From assembly GCA_965261115.1 (NCBI GenBank), contig OZ253447.1, forward strand, positions 3,402,011 through 3,466,010: a DNA stretch of 64,000 nt. The letters run 5' to 3'. Under the pieces are notes generated by a model, which saw nothing but the letters and a program-made list of their open reading frames with translations, was not told the origin of the DNA and made no database searches. The DNA comes from Candidatus Poribacteria bacterium (GTDB lineage: Bacteria > Poribacteria > WGA-4E > WGA-3G). Shown piece by piece: positions 46,950 to 56,846 of the stretch (positions are counted from its first letter, which is position 1; every line of letters begins with the position of its first letter). The translations under genes were made by a program, and so were the position numbers.

Positions 46950-48322
46950 AGTCCCTCCATGCTATTTTTTGTTTGTTTTTTTCTCCACGCGATGACTGCA
47001 GATCCAAACACGGCGAAGCCGAAGAGCGTAAACGGCATCTGCCACAGCAGAAAACTCATGTGTGTATGGATGTACGAGTGTGCCTTGAAGATGACATGCC
47101 ACGATAGAGGTGCCAGAATTGAGAACCACGTCGTCCAGACTAAGGCGATATAATGGTGTCGTCGTTCTGCATTACCACGCCACAACAGCAGCGCAGACAT
47201 CGCGATAAAAAGGACTATCAGATAATAATAGCGGATTTTCAATAGGAGGTTAGAGACGAAGGCGTTCAGGTCAGGTAGATAGTTATTGAGATCAAAGAAA
47301 ATACCGTTCATGTAAGTGATAACTACGCCTATCGTTCCTGCTTCGAGGCTGGCAGCATATACGGGTGGAAAGTCCGCCGCCTCTCCATACGTGCGCTTAC
47401 CAAAAGACCAGATGATATGTTCAACCCCATCCATAAACCCGTCCTTGGCAGCACCAATCTGGAAACACAGCATGATAAAACTCAAAAAAATTGCTACGCC
47501 TGATCCGAGTCCGGCTGCAAGCGTCCACTTCACGCATTGGCGGCGGCTCCATTTGTCGAGAATAACATAATAGACGAACGGCACCATCATCATGACCAGC
47601 GTAGTTGTAATATACTCATAGCCGTTGATGAAACACTTGATGGAAACCGCGATGAAGATAACAATGCCAAACCGGATGAGTTGTCGGTCCAATGTTTCTC
47701 TGTAGCGTTTAAGGAAGTACATGACGACAATCATCGGCAGATAGAATGCCCACAGACTCCACCAAAGATTCTTACCAAAGACCGTCAACCATTGAGACAA
47801 CACAGCCGAAACGATAACGCATATCGCCACCCACCCACCAAATTCCTCATAGAACCAACCTACGATGCATGTCAACGCGCCTGCAGAAAGTAAAGCCGTC
47901 AATATATAGAATAACGTTAATTTGATTTGCGACGATAATGGAATGAGTCTATCCAGTACGCTAAAGACCATCCCTTGACCGCCAGGTTGTGAATTGTACG
48001 TTGAAAATTTATCGAAGGAGAGGTTGTAAAGATAAGCCGTATATTGGGGTCCCCGTTCTATTGGAGGTATCCATTCCGCATCCGTACTTTTCGCGGTTCC
48101 CCAACCATTCAGACCCCCCGCTGAGAAGATACCATCTTGGCGAGATTTGACCATTCTTCCCATGACATGCGCTTCGGTGTCTTTCTGATGTTTGGCGAAC
48201 CAATTCTGATCAGCGACGCGCCATGTGTTAGCGAAAAACCCGAAAAACAAGAGTCCGATTGATAGTGCCCATAAGGCTATCTTCCTTACGAGTTCCGATT
48301 GACTGAGATGTTTAAGTTGCAT
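46946..48322 (-). CDS. polytopic membrane protein of unknown function
   Basis: 458 aa with multiple hydrophobic helices. Confidence 0.6.
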   Translation of the reverse strand: MQLKHLSQSELVRKIALWALSIGLLFFGFFANTWRVADQNWFAKHQKDTEAHVMGRMVKSRQDGIFSAGGLNGWGTAKSTDAEWIPPIERGPQYTAYLYNLSFDKFSTYNSQPGGQGMVFSVLDRLIPLSSQIKLTLFYILTALLSAGALTCIVGWFYEEFGGWVAICVIVSAVLSQWLTVFGKNLWWSLWAFYLPMIVVMYFLKRYRETLDRQLIRFGIVIFIAVSIKCFINGYEYITTTLVMMMVPFVYYVILDKWSRRQCVKWTLAAGLGSGVAIFLSFIMLCFQIGAAKDGFMDGVEHIIWSFGKRTYGEAADFPPVYAASLEAGTIGVVITYMNGIFFDLNNYLPDLNAFVSNLLLKIRYYYLIVLFIAMSALLLWRGNAERRHHYIALVWTTWFSILAPLSWHVIFKAHSYIHTHMSFLLWQMPFTLFGFAVFGSAVIAWRKKQTKNSMEGL

Positions 48323-48498
48323 ATTGACATACGTCCCTGCTTTGGTGGGTGGAATAAGTTAAATTGGACTTACGCATAATGGAGATATTGAGAGGGAAGT
48401 ATGGAAGGAGCGGAAGGATGGTGGGATGTTCGCCCAGCCTTCCAATCTTCCAGTCTTCCAAGTCCACAAACAAATGATTGGATTTTACGTAAGTTCTA

Positions 48499-49395
48499 TT
48501 AAAGTATCCGCCCTTTCTTAGGCACTTGCGAGTTAGGATACCAGCGAGAATCGGAGGGCGGCACCGGCTCAGGGGGTTGTACGGAAGCGAATTCAGACAA
48601 CTTAGGTCGGATCTCGTCTTCCCAAATCCCTTCCACATCATCAAACGTCAAGGGTGTGTGGTTAGACACTTCCGCTTCATAAGCCGATAGCAACTCCTTT
48701 GTTTTTTCACCGAAATGCGCCACAATATCCGCCACCATCTGTTCCCCGACTTGACGACTGGAGGATTCGTTGAAAGACCCCATTGCGAAATGAGGTGCGC
48801 GTGTGTCATCCGTCGGCATCCGCGACATATCCACACAATCGGGTGCCACTGCCCAAAGCACGGACGTTTCACCGCGCCCAGCGTGCCCACCCAATCCTTT
48901 ACCGTCCTCGAAACGTTCGATATCCGCGCCGATGCTCATCGTCGAATACATCCGAACCCCGACGTGTGCCTGCATAATTTCAATCACCACCGGCACGTCT
49001 AACCGATGCGGACCCGAATGCCCCGAAAACAGAATCGCGCCGTGAAAACCGAGCGCATCCACTGCCCGAATGTGATAACACATATTCTTCAAAAACATCC
49101 AAGGCGGTATCGCTGTCAGCCAGGGTCGTTCTTGGTTCACTTGGTTGTGTCCCCATGAACCGTAGCCGCCAATTTCATGGCAGTGCCAATAAAACGGCGG
49201 TGCGACGATCCCACCGTGCGCTTGCGCCGCCTGACACGAGCATTCGTGCGCCCGAATCGCATCCATCCCAACCGCATTGTGCCAACCGTGCGGTTCACAC
49301 AACCCATAAGGCAGATACACCATCGAACACGCCTCGAACGCCGCTTCTAATTCATCGGGAAACATCCGTTCCCATCGCACCTCATTGTGTCCCAT
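48499..49395 (-). CDS. creatininase (creatinine amidohydrolase) family protein
   Basis: LPYGLCEPHGWH resembles the creatininase LPvGS.EQHGpH motif, and the size matches. Confidence 0.7.
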   Translation of the reverse strand: MGHNEVRWERMFPDELEAAFEACSMVYLPYGLCEPHGWHNAVGMDAIRAHECSCQAAQAHGGIVAPPFYWHCHEIGGYGSWGHNQVNQERPWLTAIPPWMFLKNMCYHIRAVDALGFHGAILFSGHSGPHRLDVPVVIEIMQAHVGVRMYSTMSIGADIERFEDGKGLGGHAGRGETSVLWAVAPDCVDMSRMPTDDTRAPHFAMGSFNESSSRQVGEQMVADIVAHFGEKTKELLSAYEAEVSNHTPLTFDDVEGIWEDEIRPKLSEFASVQPPEPVPPSDSRWYPNSQVPKKGRIL

Positions 49396-49413
49396 TATGA
49401 TATTCCCTTCCGA

Positions 49414-51243
49414 TTATTCGCGTTTTTCACCGGGTTTTCGTCGAAGTTTTGAGGCATAACTATCGCCTTCAGGATCGTAGGAAACGAACACTTGTCCGTC
49501 TTCTACAACCAGTCGCGGTACAGTCCGATGACGACCATCGCGTTCGGGACCTCGCATGACAGCAAACTGTGCCTCGGTCATATCTTCAACCATATCACCC
49601 CATCGGTCCTGAGGATCAAGCACACCACCGCCCCAATTTACGTTTTTCGATTGATACTTAATCAGGACCCCGCGTCTGGGGATCGGATTCTTCCACACCA
49701 AGGCACCGTGCGTGCAACCGCCGTCCATAAAGAAAAGCACATCCCCTGCCTTCATAACGGGTTGTACCACCAAGCCCATCGTGTCGTCACACGTCCGAAT
49801 CCCGCGTGGCATAGAGTACTGCGTCTTATGGGAACCGGGTACACACGCGAAGCCGCCGAGTCCGGGTTCGACATCGCGCAATTGCCATGTAATCGTGACA
49901 GTCTCAGCATAACTGCGTCCGTTCTTAAAAGCATAACCGCGTGAGGGTGTCATCGGTTCATTTCCATCGTGCAGTGAGTGTCCCGATGTGCCTTGAACGG
50001 CGCAGAATACGGTCGCGCCCCCCATGCGATAGCCGCTACCGCCCATCCAATTCATTCGCTGCACAACCTCAGGATGCGCAATCATGCGTCGAAATGGCGC
50101 GTTATAAGGATCCGGTAGGTCTAACAAGCCCGGCAGGAGCGGACGACCTGTTCCTGCTTGGCTGATTGATCCGCGCGCCAGTTCCTCGCCTACGACGATA
50201 CGATCTTGGAATTTATCCACAGCCTCATTGGCTTCTGCCAGCCACTGCTCGTCCATCAGACCGCGCACCACCAGATACCCGTTTAGGTCCCAAAAATAGA
50301 ACTCTTTCTCATCAATGCCTGAATTCGGGTCGCGCATATAAATTGATGGATGAACGATGGACGAATCTTCCTCTACCCACGTCTCTTCGCCATCTGTGTT
50401 TAGTACAGGTGGCGGACTCGAACCCTTATATCCGGGAACATACATGACCGCCTTTTGTGCAGGTGTCGCTTCGTCCGCCCATCTGGGTAAAGATTCAGTT
50501 TCCGAGTAAGGTCCAGGTGGATTGGATTGAACCGCTGCACGCGCGGCATACCAATAACTCAACAATCTTTTCGGTTCGTTTTTCCAGGGGCGAACGCCTT
50601 GGAGCGTAGGTACCGCGACCAAAAATAGATCGCCTGCCTTGAGTTCTGGCTGCACCAGTACCCCCATATCATCAACGCCGGTTGCCAAATCGTCGGGTGT
50701 TTCAACGTTGCTCTTGTGGCTCGCCTGAACAACAACGAATCCACCGTCGCCTTCGGAAACATCTTCCAATGCCCAGACCGCTTTCACACCTTGGCAACGC
50801 CTCTGACCGTTTTGTTGGCGATATGCCAAGGACGGATTCCTCGGTTCATCGCCGCCGACGAGCGGTGCCTCTACTTCACCTTCCCGCTGCCCTAACAACC
50901 GTGGTGCCTGATCGAGCCGGAAACCATGTCCCACAATCTGGTTCAAATACCAGACTAATTTGGGTTGTACCAGTAGGTCGCGGAACAATTCGCGGTGCGG
51001 ACTGTCCCCGCCTAACAGCATCTCACTATCTTCAATTGCATCTAATGCCTCATTGAGTGCTGCGACCTCTTCTTGACTGAGAACACCTGGGATGTGTAGG
51101 TAGCCTGCTACATCAAAAGCGTAATTCTCTTCGTTGGTCATAAGTTCATTATCCATTTGTTCCTCCTTTTCATCATTCATTGAAGTTCTTCGTGCTGTGA
51201 ATAGATCTAACAATTCCTTTACCGAGATGTGTTTATCCAACAA
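49414..51243 (-). CDS. protein with two PhyH-like dioxygenase domains
   Basis: Two similar motifs, GGFVVVQASHKSN and GGFACVPGSHKTQ, each in a PhyH-like context. 609 aa is about twice the PhyH length. Confidence 0.6.
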   Translation of the reverse strand: MLDKHISVKELLDLFTARRTSMNDEKEEQMDNELMTNEENYAFDVAGYLHIPGVLSQEEVAALNEALDAIEDSEMLLGGDSPHRELFRDLLVQPKLVWYLNQIVGHGFRLDQAPRLLGQREGEVEAPLVGGDEPRNPSLAYRQQNGQRRCQGVKAVWALEDVSEGDGGFVVVQASHKSNVETPDDLATGVDDMGVLVQPELKAGDLFLVAVPTLQGVRPWKNEPKRLLSYWYAARAAVQSNPPGPYSETESLPRWADEATPAQKAVMYVPGYKGSSPPPVLNTDGEETWVEEDSSIVHPSIYMRDPNSGIDEKEFYFWDLNGYLVVRGLMDEQWLAEANEAVDKFQDRIVVGEELARGSISQAGTGRPLLPGLLDLPDPYNAPFRRMIAHPEVVQRMNWMGGSGYRMGGATVFCAVQGTSGHSLHDGNEPMTPSRGYAFKNGRSYAETVTITWQLRDVEPGLGGFACVPGSHKTQYSMPRGIRTCDDTMGLVVQPVMKAGDVLFFMDGGCTHGALVWKNPIPRRGVLIKYQSKNVNWGGGVLDPQDRWGDMVEDMTEAQFAVMRGPERDGRHRTVPRLVVEDGQVFVSYDPEGDSYASKLRRKPGEKRE

Positions 51244-51371
51244 AATCGTATTTATGAGATATGCTATAGTGATTCTGACAAAAGGTCTGTTTCGTCAAGT
51301 CTACCCCAGAAGCACAGCCGCTAAGAGTATGAATAGAATACATATAATAAAACAACTAAGGAAGCCGTTTA

Positions 51372-52172
51372 TTACAATGCAAGAGTGAGAACCTGTCTGA
51401 TTTTACTATGACTCTCTTCTAACGGATAACAGTCGTCAGCGACGGTTCGGAAGTAATCTATTGACTTCCGACTGACTTTTGTTCGATCTCGTATGATCCC
51501 AACAGAGCGAAAATCAGGGAGCTTCCATGCTTTAAATTCATAGAGAGCGATTGTTGCTTGATTGACTTTTCTATCCGTGGGCAGGGCGTAGACGAAAAGC
51601 GGCGTTCTCATCCCGTTTATTCGGCAGTCTACTTTATATCTACCATCAGGGTCATGTTCTTTGTGAAACCAGTCCAATTCAATACGATCTTTTGAAACGA
51701 CGCTATACATCATCTTTTTAAACTCACTCATGAATGTTTTTCCATGGGCATTTTTCCAAGGTATAGATGTCACGCTCGTTATCTTCAGCAGTGACTGCGC
51801 AAATGCGTATAGGGCATCTCCATAATCGGTGCCCCTAATTTCAAGTATCAATTCGCCGTCTCGATCCTTAACTCCGAACGCAGAAAGGGCTCTTGATATA
51901 ATATCTTGACGGATACCTCTAAAGAGTTGCTGCTCATCTATGTCATAGGTCAGATGCATGTAGGTATGCCCTTCATCAGAAAGTATCCACCCTTCAGATT
52001 CTTTCTTTAAAATAATAGAGATGTGGTCCCCGTCGTTGAATCTGAACGGCGTATACACGTAGAAACGGTCTTTCCCATCAGGGACAAGTTCTATCTCTGT
52101 TGAAATGCTATCAATAAAATCCTTCTCTATAGTCCCAATAGACATGATTTTACCTCCTGTGATACTACCCAA
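51372..52172 (-). CDS. hypothetical protein adjacent to TnpB right end
   Basis: 266-aa ORF in which I recognise no family. Its start lies 119 bp downstream of the tnpB stop. Confidence 0.55.
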   Translation of the reverse strand: MGSITGGKIMSIGTIEKDFIDSISTEIELVPDGKDRFYVYTPFRFNDGDHISIILKKESEGWILSDEGHTYMHLTYDIDEQQLFRGIRQDIISRALSAFGVKDRDGELILEIRGTDYGDALYAFAQSLLKITSVTSIPWKNAHGKTFMSEFKKMMYSVVSKDRIELDWFHKEHDPDGRYKVDCRINGMRTPLFVYALPTDRKVNQATIALYEFKAWKLPDFRSVGIIRDRTKVSRKSIDYFRTVADDCYPLEESHSKIRQVLTLAL

Positions 52173-52174
52173 CG

Positions 52175-52400
52175 CTTAAAGGCGTGGGCTTCGGTTTCAT
52201 AGCGACTGCGGTTTTCGCTCAAGCGTCCACCGTCTTATTATCGCTCCACCAGCAGGCGATTAGTCCGAATCAGATCGGCATTATCGTGGCTTAGGTCACG
52301 GGTATCCCCGCCCGCAAGATATTTTTAGCAGCGTTTATGTCTCTGTCGTGGTGTGAACCACATTCGGGGCATGTCCACTGCCTATCAGAAAGCGTTAGGT
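52175..52400 (-). ncRNA. candidate TnpB-associated omega-RNA (right-end element RNA)
   Basis: Inference from the general IS605 architecture, in which the omega-RNA overlaps the tnpB 3' end and extends past the stop to the RE boundary. Not validated by structure. Confidence 0.3.
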
Positions 52401-53403
52401 TTTCGTTGTGGTAGCCACAATCAGAGCAAGGCTTCGTTGTCGCTGTCCACTGTCCCGCTTTCAATAATGTTTTGCCATATTTGGCACAGGTCCATTGAAG
52501 TATTGATGAGAACTCACCGAAGGCAAGGTCAGATGTTTTGCGTCCCCAAAGCTTTTTCATGCCTTCAAGGTTGAGCGTCTCTATCGCGATTCTATCGTAT
52601 CTACGGACAAGACGAAGTGCGAGTTTGAAAAACCAGTCCCGTCTTTTTTCTCTGATTTTTTTATGCAGACGGGCAAGGTGTCGTTTCGCACGATACCACG
52701 CATTTGAACCTTTTTGCTTTCGGGAGAGTGCTTTATTTGCTGAACGGATAGCATTTAGCATGCGTTTATAGAACTCTGGCGACTCTATTTTAATGCCGTC
52801 TGAAAGTGTGAGAAATGTTTTCATACCGAAATCTGCCCCTGCCTCATGACTGGTCAGTGGGAGTTTTTCGGAAGTCTCACAATCTTCACACGATAGATAT
52901 AAATAGTAATCTCCTACATTATCACGTTTGATCGTTATAGTTTTGATAGTGCCAGTCCACTTACGGTGTTTCCAAAATGTAAAGGATTTGTCTAAACAGT
53001 TGATTTTTATACGATTGCCTTCAATCTCATATCCTGCTTGTGTGAACGTCAATGAGTTATATTTGTGGCTCGGTTTGATTTTAGGCTTGCCTACTTTGCG
53101 AGGGGACAATCCTTTCTTTTTCGCTTTAAGATAATCAAAAAACTTTTCATAACCGAGGTGAATACGTTTGGCAACTTGTTGTATCACTTGACTCGGCAGT
53201 TGATTCCAATGCGGTTTTGTTGTTCGCTTCAACTTCGTTATATGACGGCAGATACGACCAAAACCGGCATACTTGCCATACATACGATAATAACGCCTCT
53301 GCAATAAAATCAAGTGAACATGCACGTCATGCAAATCGTCAAGCAGATTGCCAATCTGTATCATATTAGACTGATGATAAAACTCATATTCATAGGTTGT
53401 CAT
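52291..53403 (-). CDS. tnpB: full-length TnpB (IS605 OrfB / IS1341-type RNA-guided nuclease), no adjacent TnpA
   Basis: 370 aa. RuvC-I ADFGMKTF, RuvC-II IETLNLEGM, zinc finger CSDCG..CPECG, RuvC-III HHDRDINAAKNI. Confidence 0.9.
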   Translation of the reverse strand: MTTYEYEFYHQSNMIQIGNLLDDLHDVHVHLILLQRRYYRMYGKYAGFGRICRHITKLKRTTKPHWNQLPSQVIQQVAKRIHLGYEKFFDYLKAKKKGLSPRKVGKPKIKPSHKYNSLTFTQAGYEIEGNRIKINCLDKSFTFWKHRKWTGTIKTITIKRDNVGDYYLYLSCEDCETSEKLPLTSHEAGADFGMKTFLTLSDGIKIESPEFYKRMLNAIRSANKALSRKQKGSNAWYRAKRHLARLHKKIREKRRDWFFKLALRLVRRYDRIAIETLNLEGMKKLWGRKTSDLAFGEFSSILQWTCAKYGKTLLKAGQWTATTKPCSDCGYHNENLTLSDRQWTCPECGSHHDRDINAAKNILRAGIPVT

Positions 53404-53500
53404 GGTATATCAAGTATCAAGTCCTTAACCCCTTCACAGTGGGTAGGCAGACACGTAACCTTGCGATTACGCTGTGAATGTCTGCCAACTTGATACTATA
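53404..53500. repeat. IS605-type left-end subterminal hairpins upstream of tnpB
   Basis: Nested inverted repeats TCAAGTATCAAGT..ACTTGATACT and GGCAGACA-N25-TGTCTGCC immediately upstream of the tnpB start. Confidence 0.45.
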
Positions 53501-53922
53501 ATTAGACTACACTTCGTAGGTGAATATCAAATTTATTTTTTAACATTTACACAATTAGCGGGAAACCTATATCACAAAGCTAAAGCATTGGGCTTTACGC
53601 CCGAATGCCCGTAAAAACCACTGAAGAAAAACACATATTCTGATTAGGGTCAAACAAATTCTTAAGCACGATTTACCTAATGTCTTTCATTTTTTAAGTT
53701 CTTCCGATGTCCCAGTCCGTTTTATCCCCTGCAAAGCTGAGAGGGTAGCAGACGCACCGTGCGGTATGCTTCGCAGTGCCACCCGAACTGGTTTAAACGG
53801 TATAACACAAAAGCAAAAGATTGCCAATTTAGGTTATGCATGGTTCATATAAAAATAGTATTTACAATCAGGAATATCGTCAAATGGGAGATGGACACAA
53901 CTAACCCTTGGTGAGCTTGTGG

Positions 53923-55350
53923 CTACAAACACCATTCGTAAGGACCGGGACCTGTCCGGCAAACCATCTCGCTAATTTGCTGTCGCATCTGCGCGATGCG
54001 GTTCTGGTGTTCCGGACGATCTGAAACGTTTCGCATTTCGTCCGGGTCTGTCTTTAAGTCGTACAGTTCATCAATATCAAAACGGTTCCGAATATATTTC
54101 CAGTGTCCATCTTTTACCATCACACACGCTGCCAGTTCTTCGGGTGCATCGGCATTGTGATAGATCGCATCGAGGCTGGCGATTTCAGCGAAGATCGGTT
54201 GACGTTCCGGTTGTTGTCCGTTCAAAATTGCCTCCGCAACGGATCGCCCATCAATTGGCGTTTCCGGCACCTGATCCGCGAAACGCAACAACGTCGGCAT
54301 CAGATCCACACCCGCCAGCGGAGTTGTGACTCGAAAGCCGGACGGCAAATGGTGCTGCCATGAGAGCAGACACGGCACCCGCACCGAACCTTCATACATC
54401 AGACACTTCTCGGTAAAGCCGTGGTCGCCGAGCAACTCACCGTGATCACTCATAAAGGCGACAACCGTATTCGTTCCCTCAAGCGCATTCAGCAAACGAC
54501 CGACTTGATTGTCAATGTGCGTAATTAGGGCATAATAGTAAGTCATCATTCTCTGGAATTCAGCGTCAGTGACCGTTGAAGGGATACGAAATTTGCCTCG
54601 CGTTTGGAATTCGGGTTTCCCATCAAGTGGATCGCGCAACGAAGGGGATAGCGGCACCTCTTCTTCTCGATAGCGTGCCGGCAGGTCCGACGGCACGAGA
54701 ATACGAGGGTGCGGGTCTTTGATACTGGCAAATAGGAAGAACGGAACATCATCATCTTGTTGCTGAATGAATTCGAGTGAACGGTCGATTGTCCAAGTGG
54801 TGCGTTGCTGTCGAGGATCGGTGATTGTCCCAAATTCCAAGATATTTCCGTACTGTGTCATTCCGGGTGCCTTTGAACGATAGAGGTTTTCAACACCTTC
54901 TGTTTCAAAATAATCAAAGAGTGGGTCTGGATGGTCTCCAAGATAACGATAGGTACACCAGAAATCAGAAAACCCGTGTTGTGGACGATGGTCGTCCCCC
55001 AGATGCCACGGTCCAACGATACCACAGCGATAGCCAGCACGTTTAAGCACATCCCCGATAGTGATGCGGTCATGCGGCAGGTAGCCGCCGAATTCACCCA
55101 TCCTTTGGGTCCCATAGTTTCGCAGTTGCAAATGGGCATGTGGATAGAGTCCAGTCAACCAACTTGCCCGTGCCGGTGAGCAGACCGGTGACGCACAGTA
55201 AGCATTTTCAAAACAGACCCCGCCCGCTGCCAACCGATCCAGATGTGGCGTTTGAACGATCGAACTACCAGCGAACCCAGCGGCATCCCACCGCATCTGA
55301 TCACACATAATGAGTACGATATTGGGTCGAGAGGTCGTCGTGCTGTCCAT
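53923..55350 (-). CDS. sulfatase (formylglycine-dependent)
   Basis: C-x-P-x-R motif PVCSPARASWLTG. N-terminal IVLIMCDQMRWD. Confidence 0.9.
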   Translation of the reverse strand: MDSTTTSRPNIVLIMCDQMRWDAAGFAGSSIVQTPHLDRLAAGGVCFENAYCASPVCSPARASWLTGLYPHAHLQLRNYGTQRMGEFGGYLPHDRITIGDVLKRAGYRCGIVGPWHLGDDHRPQHGFSDFWCTYRYLGDHPDPLFDYFETEGVENLYRSKAPGMTQYGNILEFGTITDPRQQRTTWTIDRSLEFIQQQDDDVPFFLFASIKDPHPRILVPSDLPARYREEEVPLSPSLRDPLDGKPEFQTRGKFRIPSTVTDAEFQRMMTYYYALITHIDNQVGRLLNALEGTNTVVAFMSDHGELLGDHGFTEKCLMYEGSVRVPCLLSWQHHLPSGFRVTTPLAGVDLMPTLLRFADQVPETPIDGRSVAEAILNGQQPERQPIFAEIASLDAIYHNADAPEELAACVMVKDGHWKYIRNRFDIDELYDLKTDPDEMRNVSDRPEHQNRIAQMRQQISEMVCRTGPGPYEWCL

Positions 55351-55472
55351 TTTTTGTTAAATTTCCCTATAGTTGCGTATACGGGTTGTATTCTTTACCG
55401 ACAATATGGTAGCATTATACTATATTTTGACATCCAAACCAACAAAAAAGAGGTAGGGGTTTCAGCCCAAGA

Positions 55473-56843
55473 GTGATGAACATCGTCTTTCTATTTTCAG
55501 ATGAACACGCCGGGCCTGTGATGCGGAATAGCGGGCATCCAGTCGTCCAAACGCCGCATCTTGACCGCCTTTCGGAGCAGAGTTACACCTTCGATAACGC
55601 CTATTGCAATAGCCCAATCTGTACGCCTTCACGCTTGTCGCTGCTCACGGGACGCTATCCGCATCAGATTGAAGCATGGGATTTAGGGGCAATTTTGGAG
55701 CGGCAGCACCAGACCTGGGGCGATTATTTAACGGAAGCGGGTTATGAAACCGTGTTGTGTGGACGGACGCATTTCAACGGGACTGACCGCCTTCTCGGCT
55801 TTTCGGATCGTCTACTGGATGACCTACCTCGGTGGAGGCACACAACCGGTCGTCCGCCACGGCGTACGCCGGACGCGCGTCGAGGCTCCAATTCACACGT
55901 CACCGAATGCGGACCGGGGGACCACGAACACACGAGATATGACCGAAACGTTACAGACTTGGCAGTTGACTTCCTTCACGAAAAAGCAGCTGCATCAGAC
56001 GACAAACCATTTCTGCTGTATTGCGGGTTCATGCATCCACATTTCCCGCTGATCGCACCGCCCGAATTCTATTCACAGTACGACCCGGACACCCTTGTGC
56101 TGCCTGATACATGGAACGAACCGCTTGAATCTCAACACCCTATAATCCAGCACCACCGTTGGGCGTGGCGGAACGACATCCCACCGCCAGAAGCCACTGT
56201 GCGTTGTGCATTAGCCTCGTACTACGCGCTCATTTCGTCACTCGATGCTCAGATTGGGCGGATACTTGAGGCGATTGACACATCTCCGTTGGTGGAAGAT
56301 ACAGTTGTCATCTATACCAGCGATCACGGTGAGATGGCAGGACACCACGGAAATTGGCAGAAGCAGTGCTTCTATGAACCGGCAGTAAAAGTGCCGTTAA
56401 TGCTGCGACTACCGTCAGGTGAGACTTGTCGCGTGGCACAAAACGTCTCTTTGGTGGATGTCTTGCCGACTTTGTTGGAAATCGCTGATTTGGAAACGCC
56501 GTCTGATTTACCCGGCGATAGTCTGTTGGAGATCGCCCGAAACCAACCGGATGAAACAACGCGCCCTGTCTTCTCAGAGTACCATCACATGGGGATGTGC
56601 AACGCCGGTTTTATGCTCAAGCGTGGAGATTACAAATTGTGCCATTACGTCGACAACGAGCCGCAATTGTTCAATGTGAAGATTGACCCGTTGGAGGACG
56701 ACGATTTGGCACCAAAACCTGAGTATGCGGCAAGACGTAGCGAATTGGAAGTTGCCTTGCGCGCGATTGTCGATCCAGAGCTGACAGACGCGCGGGCAAA
56801 AGAGAACCAAAGAATGCGTAGAGCCAAAGGTAGAAATACCTAA
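55473..56843 (+). CDS. sulfatase (formylglycine-dependent)
   Basis: C-x-P-x-R motif PICTPSRLSLLTGRY. Divergent from the neighbouring sulfatase. Confidence 0.9.
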   Translation: MMNIVFLFSDEHAGPVMRNSGHPVVQTPHLDRLSEQSYTFDNAYCNSPICTPSRLSLLTGRYPHQIEAWDLGAILERQHQTWGDYLTEAGYETVLCGRTHFNGTDRLLGFSDRLLDDLPRWRHTTGRPPRRTPDARRGSNSHVTECGPGDHEHTRYDRNVTDLAVDFLHEKAAASDDKPFLLYCGFMHPHFPLIAPPEFYSQYDPDTLVLPDTWNEPLESQHPIIQHHRWAWRNDIPPPEATVRCALASYYALISSLDAQIGRILEAIDTSPLVEDTVVIYTSDHGEMAGHHGNWQKQCFYEPAVKVPLMLRLPSGETCRVAQNVSLVDVLPTLLEIADLETPSDLPGDSLLEIARNQPDETTRPVFSEYHHMGMCNAGFMLKRGDYKLCHYVDNEPQLFNVKIDPLEDDDLAPKPEYAARRSELEVALRAIVDPELTDARAKENQRMRRAKGRNT

Positions 56844-56846
56844 CTA

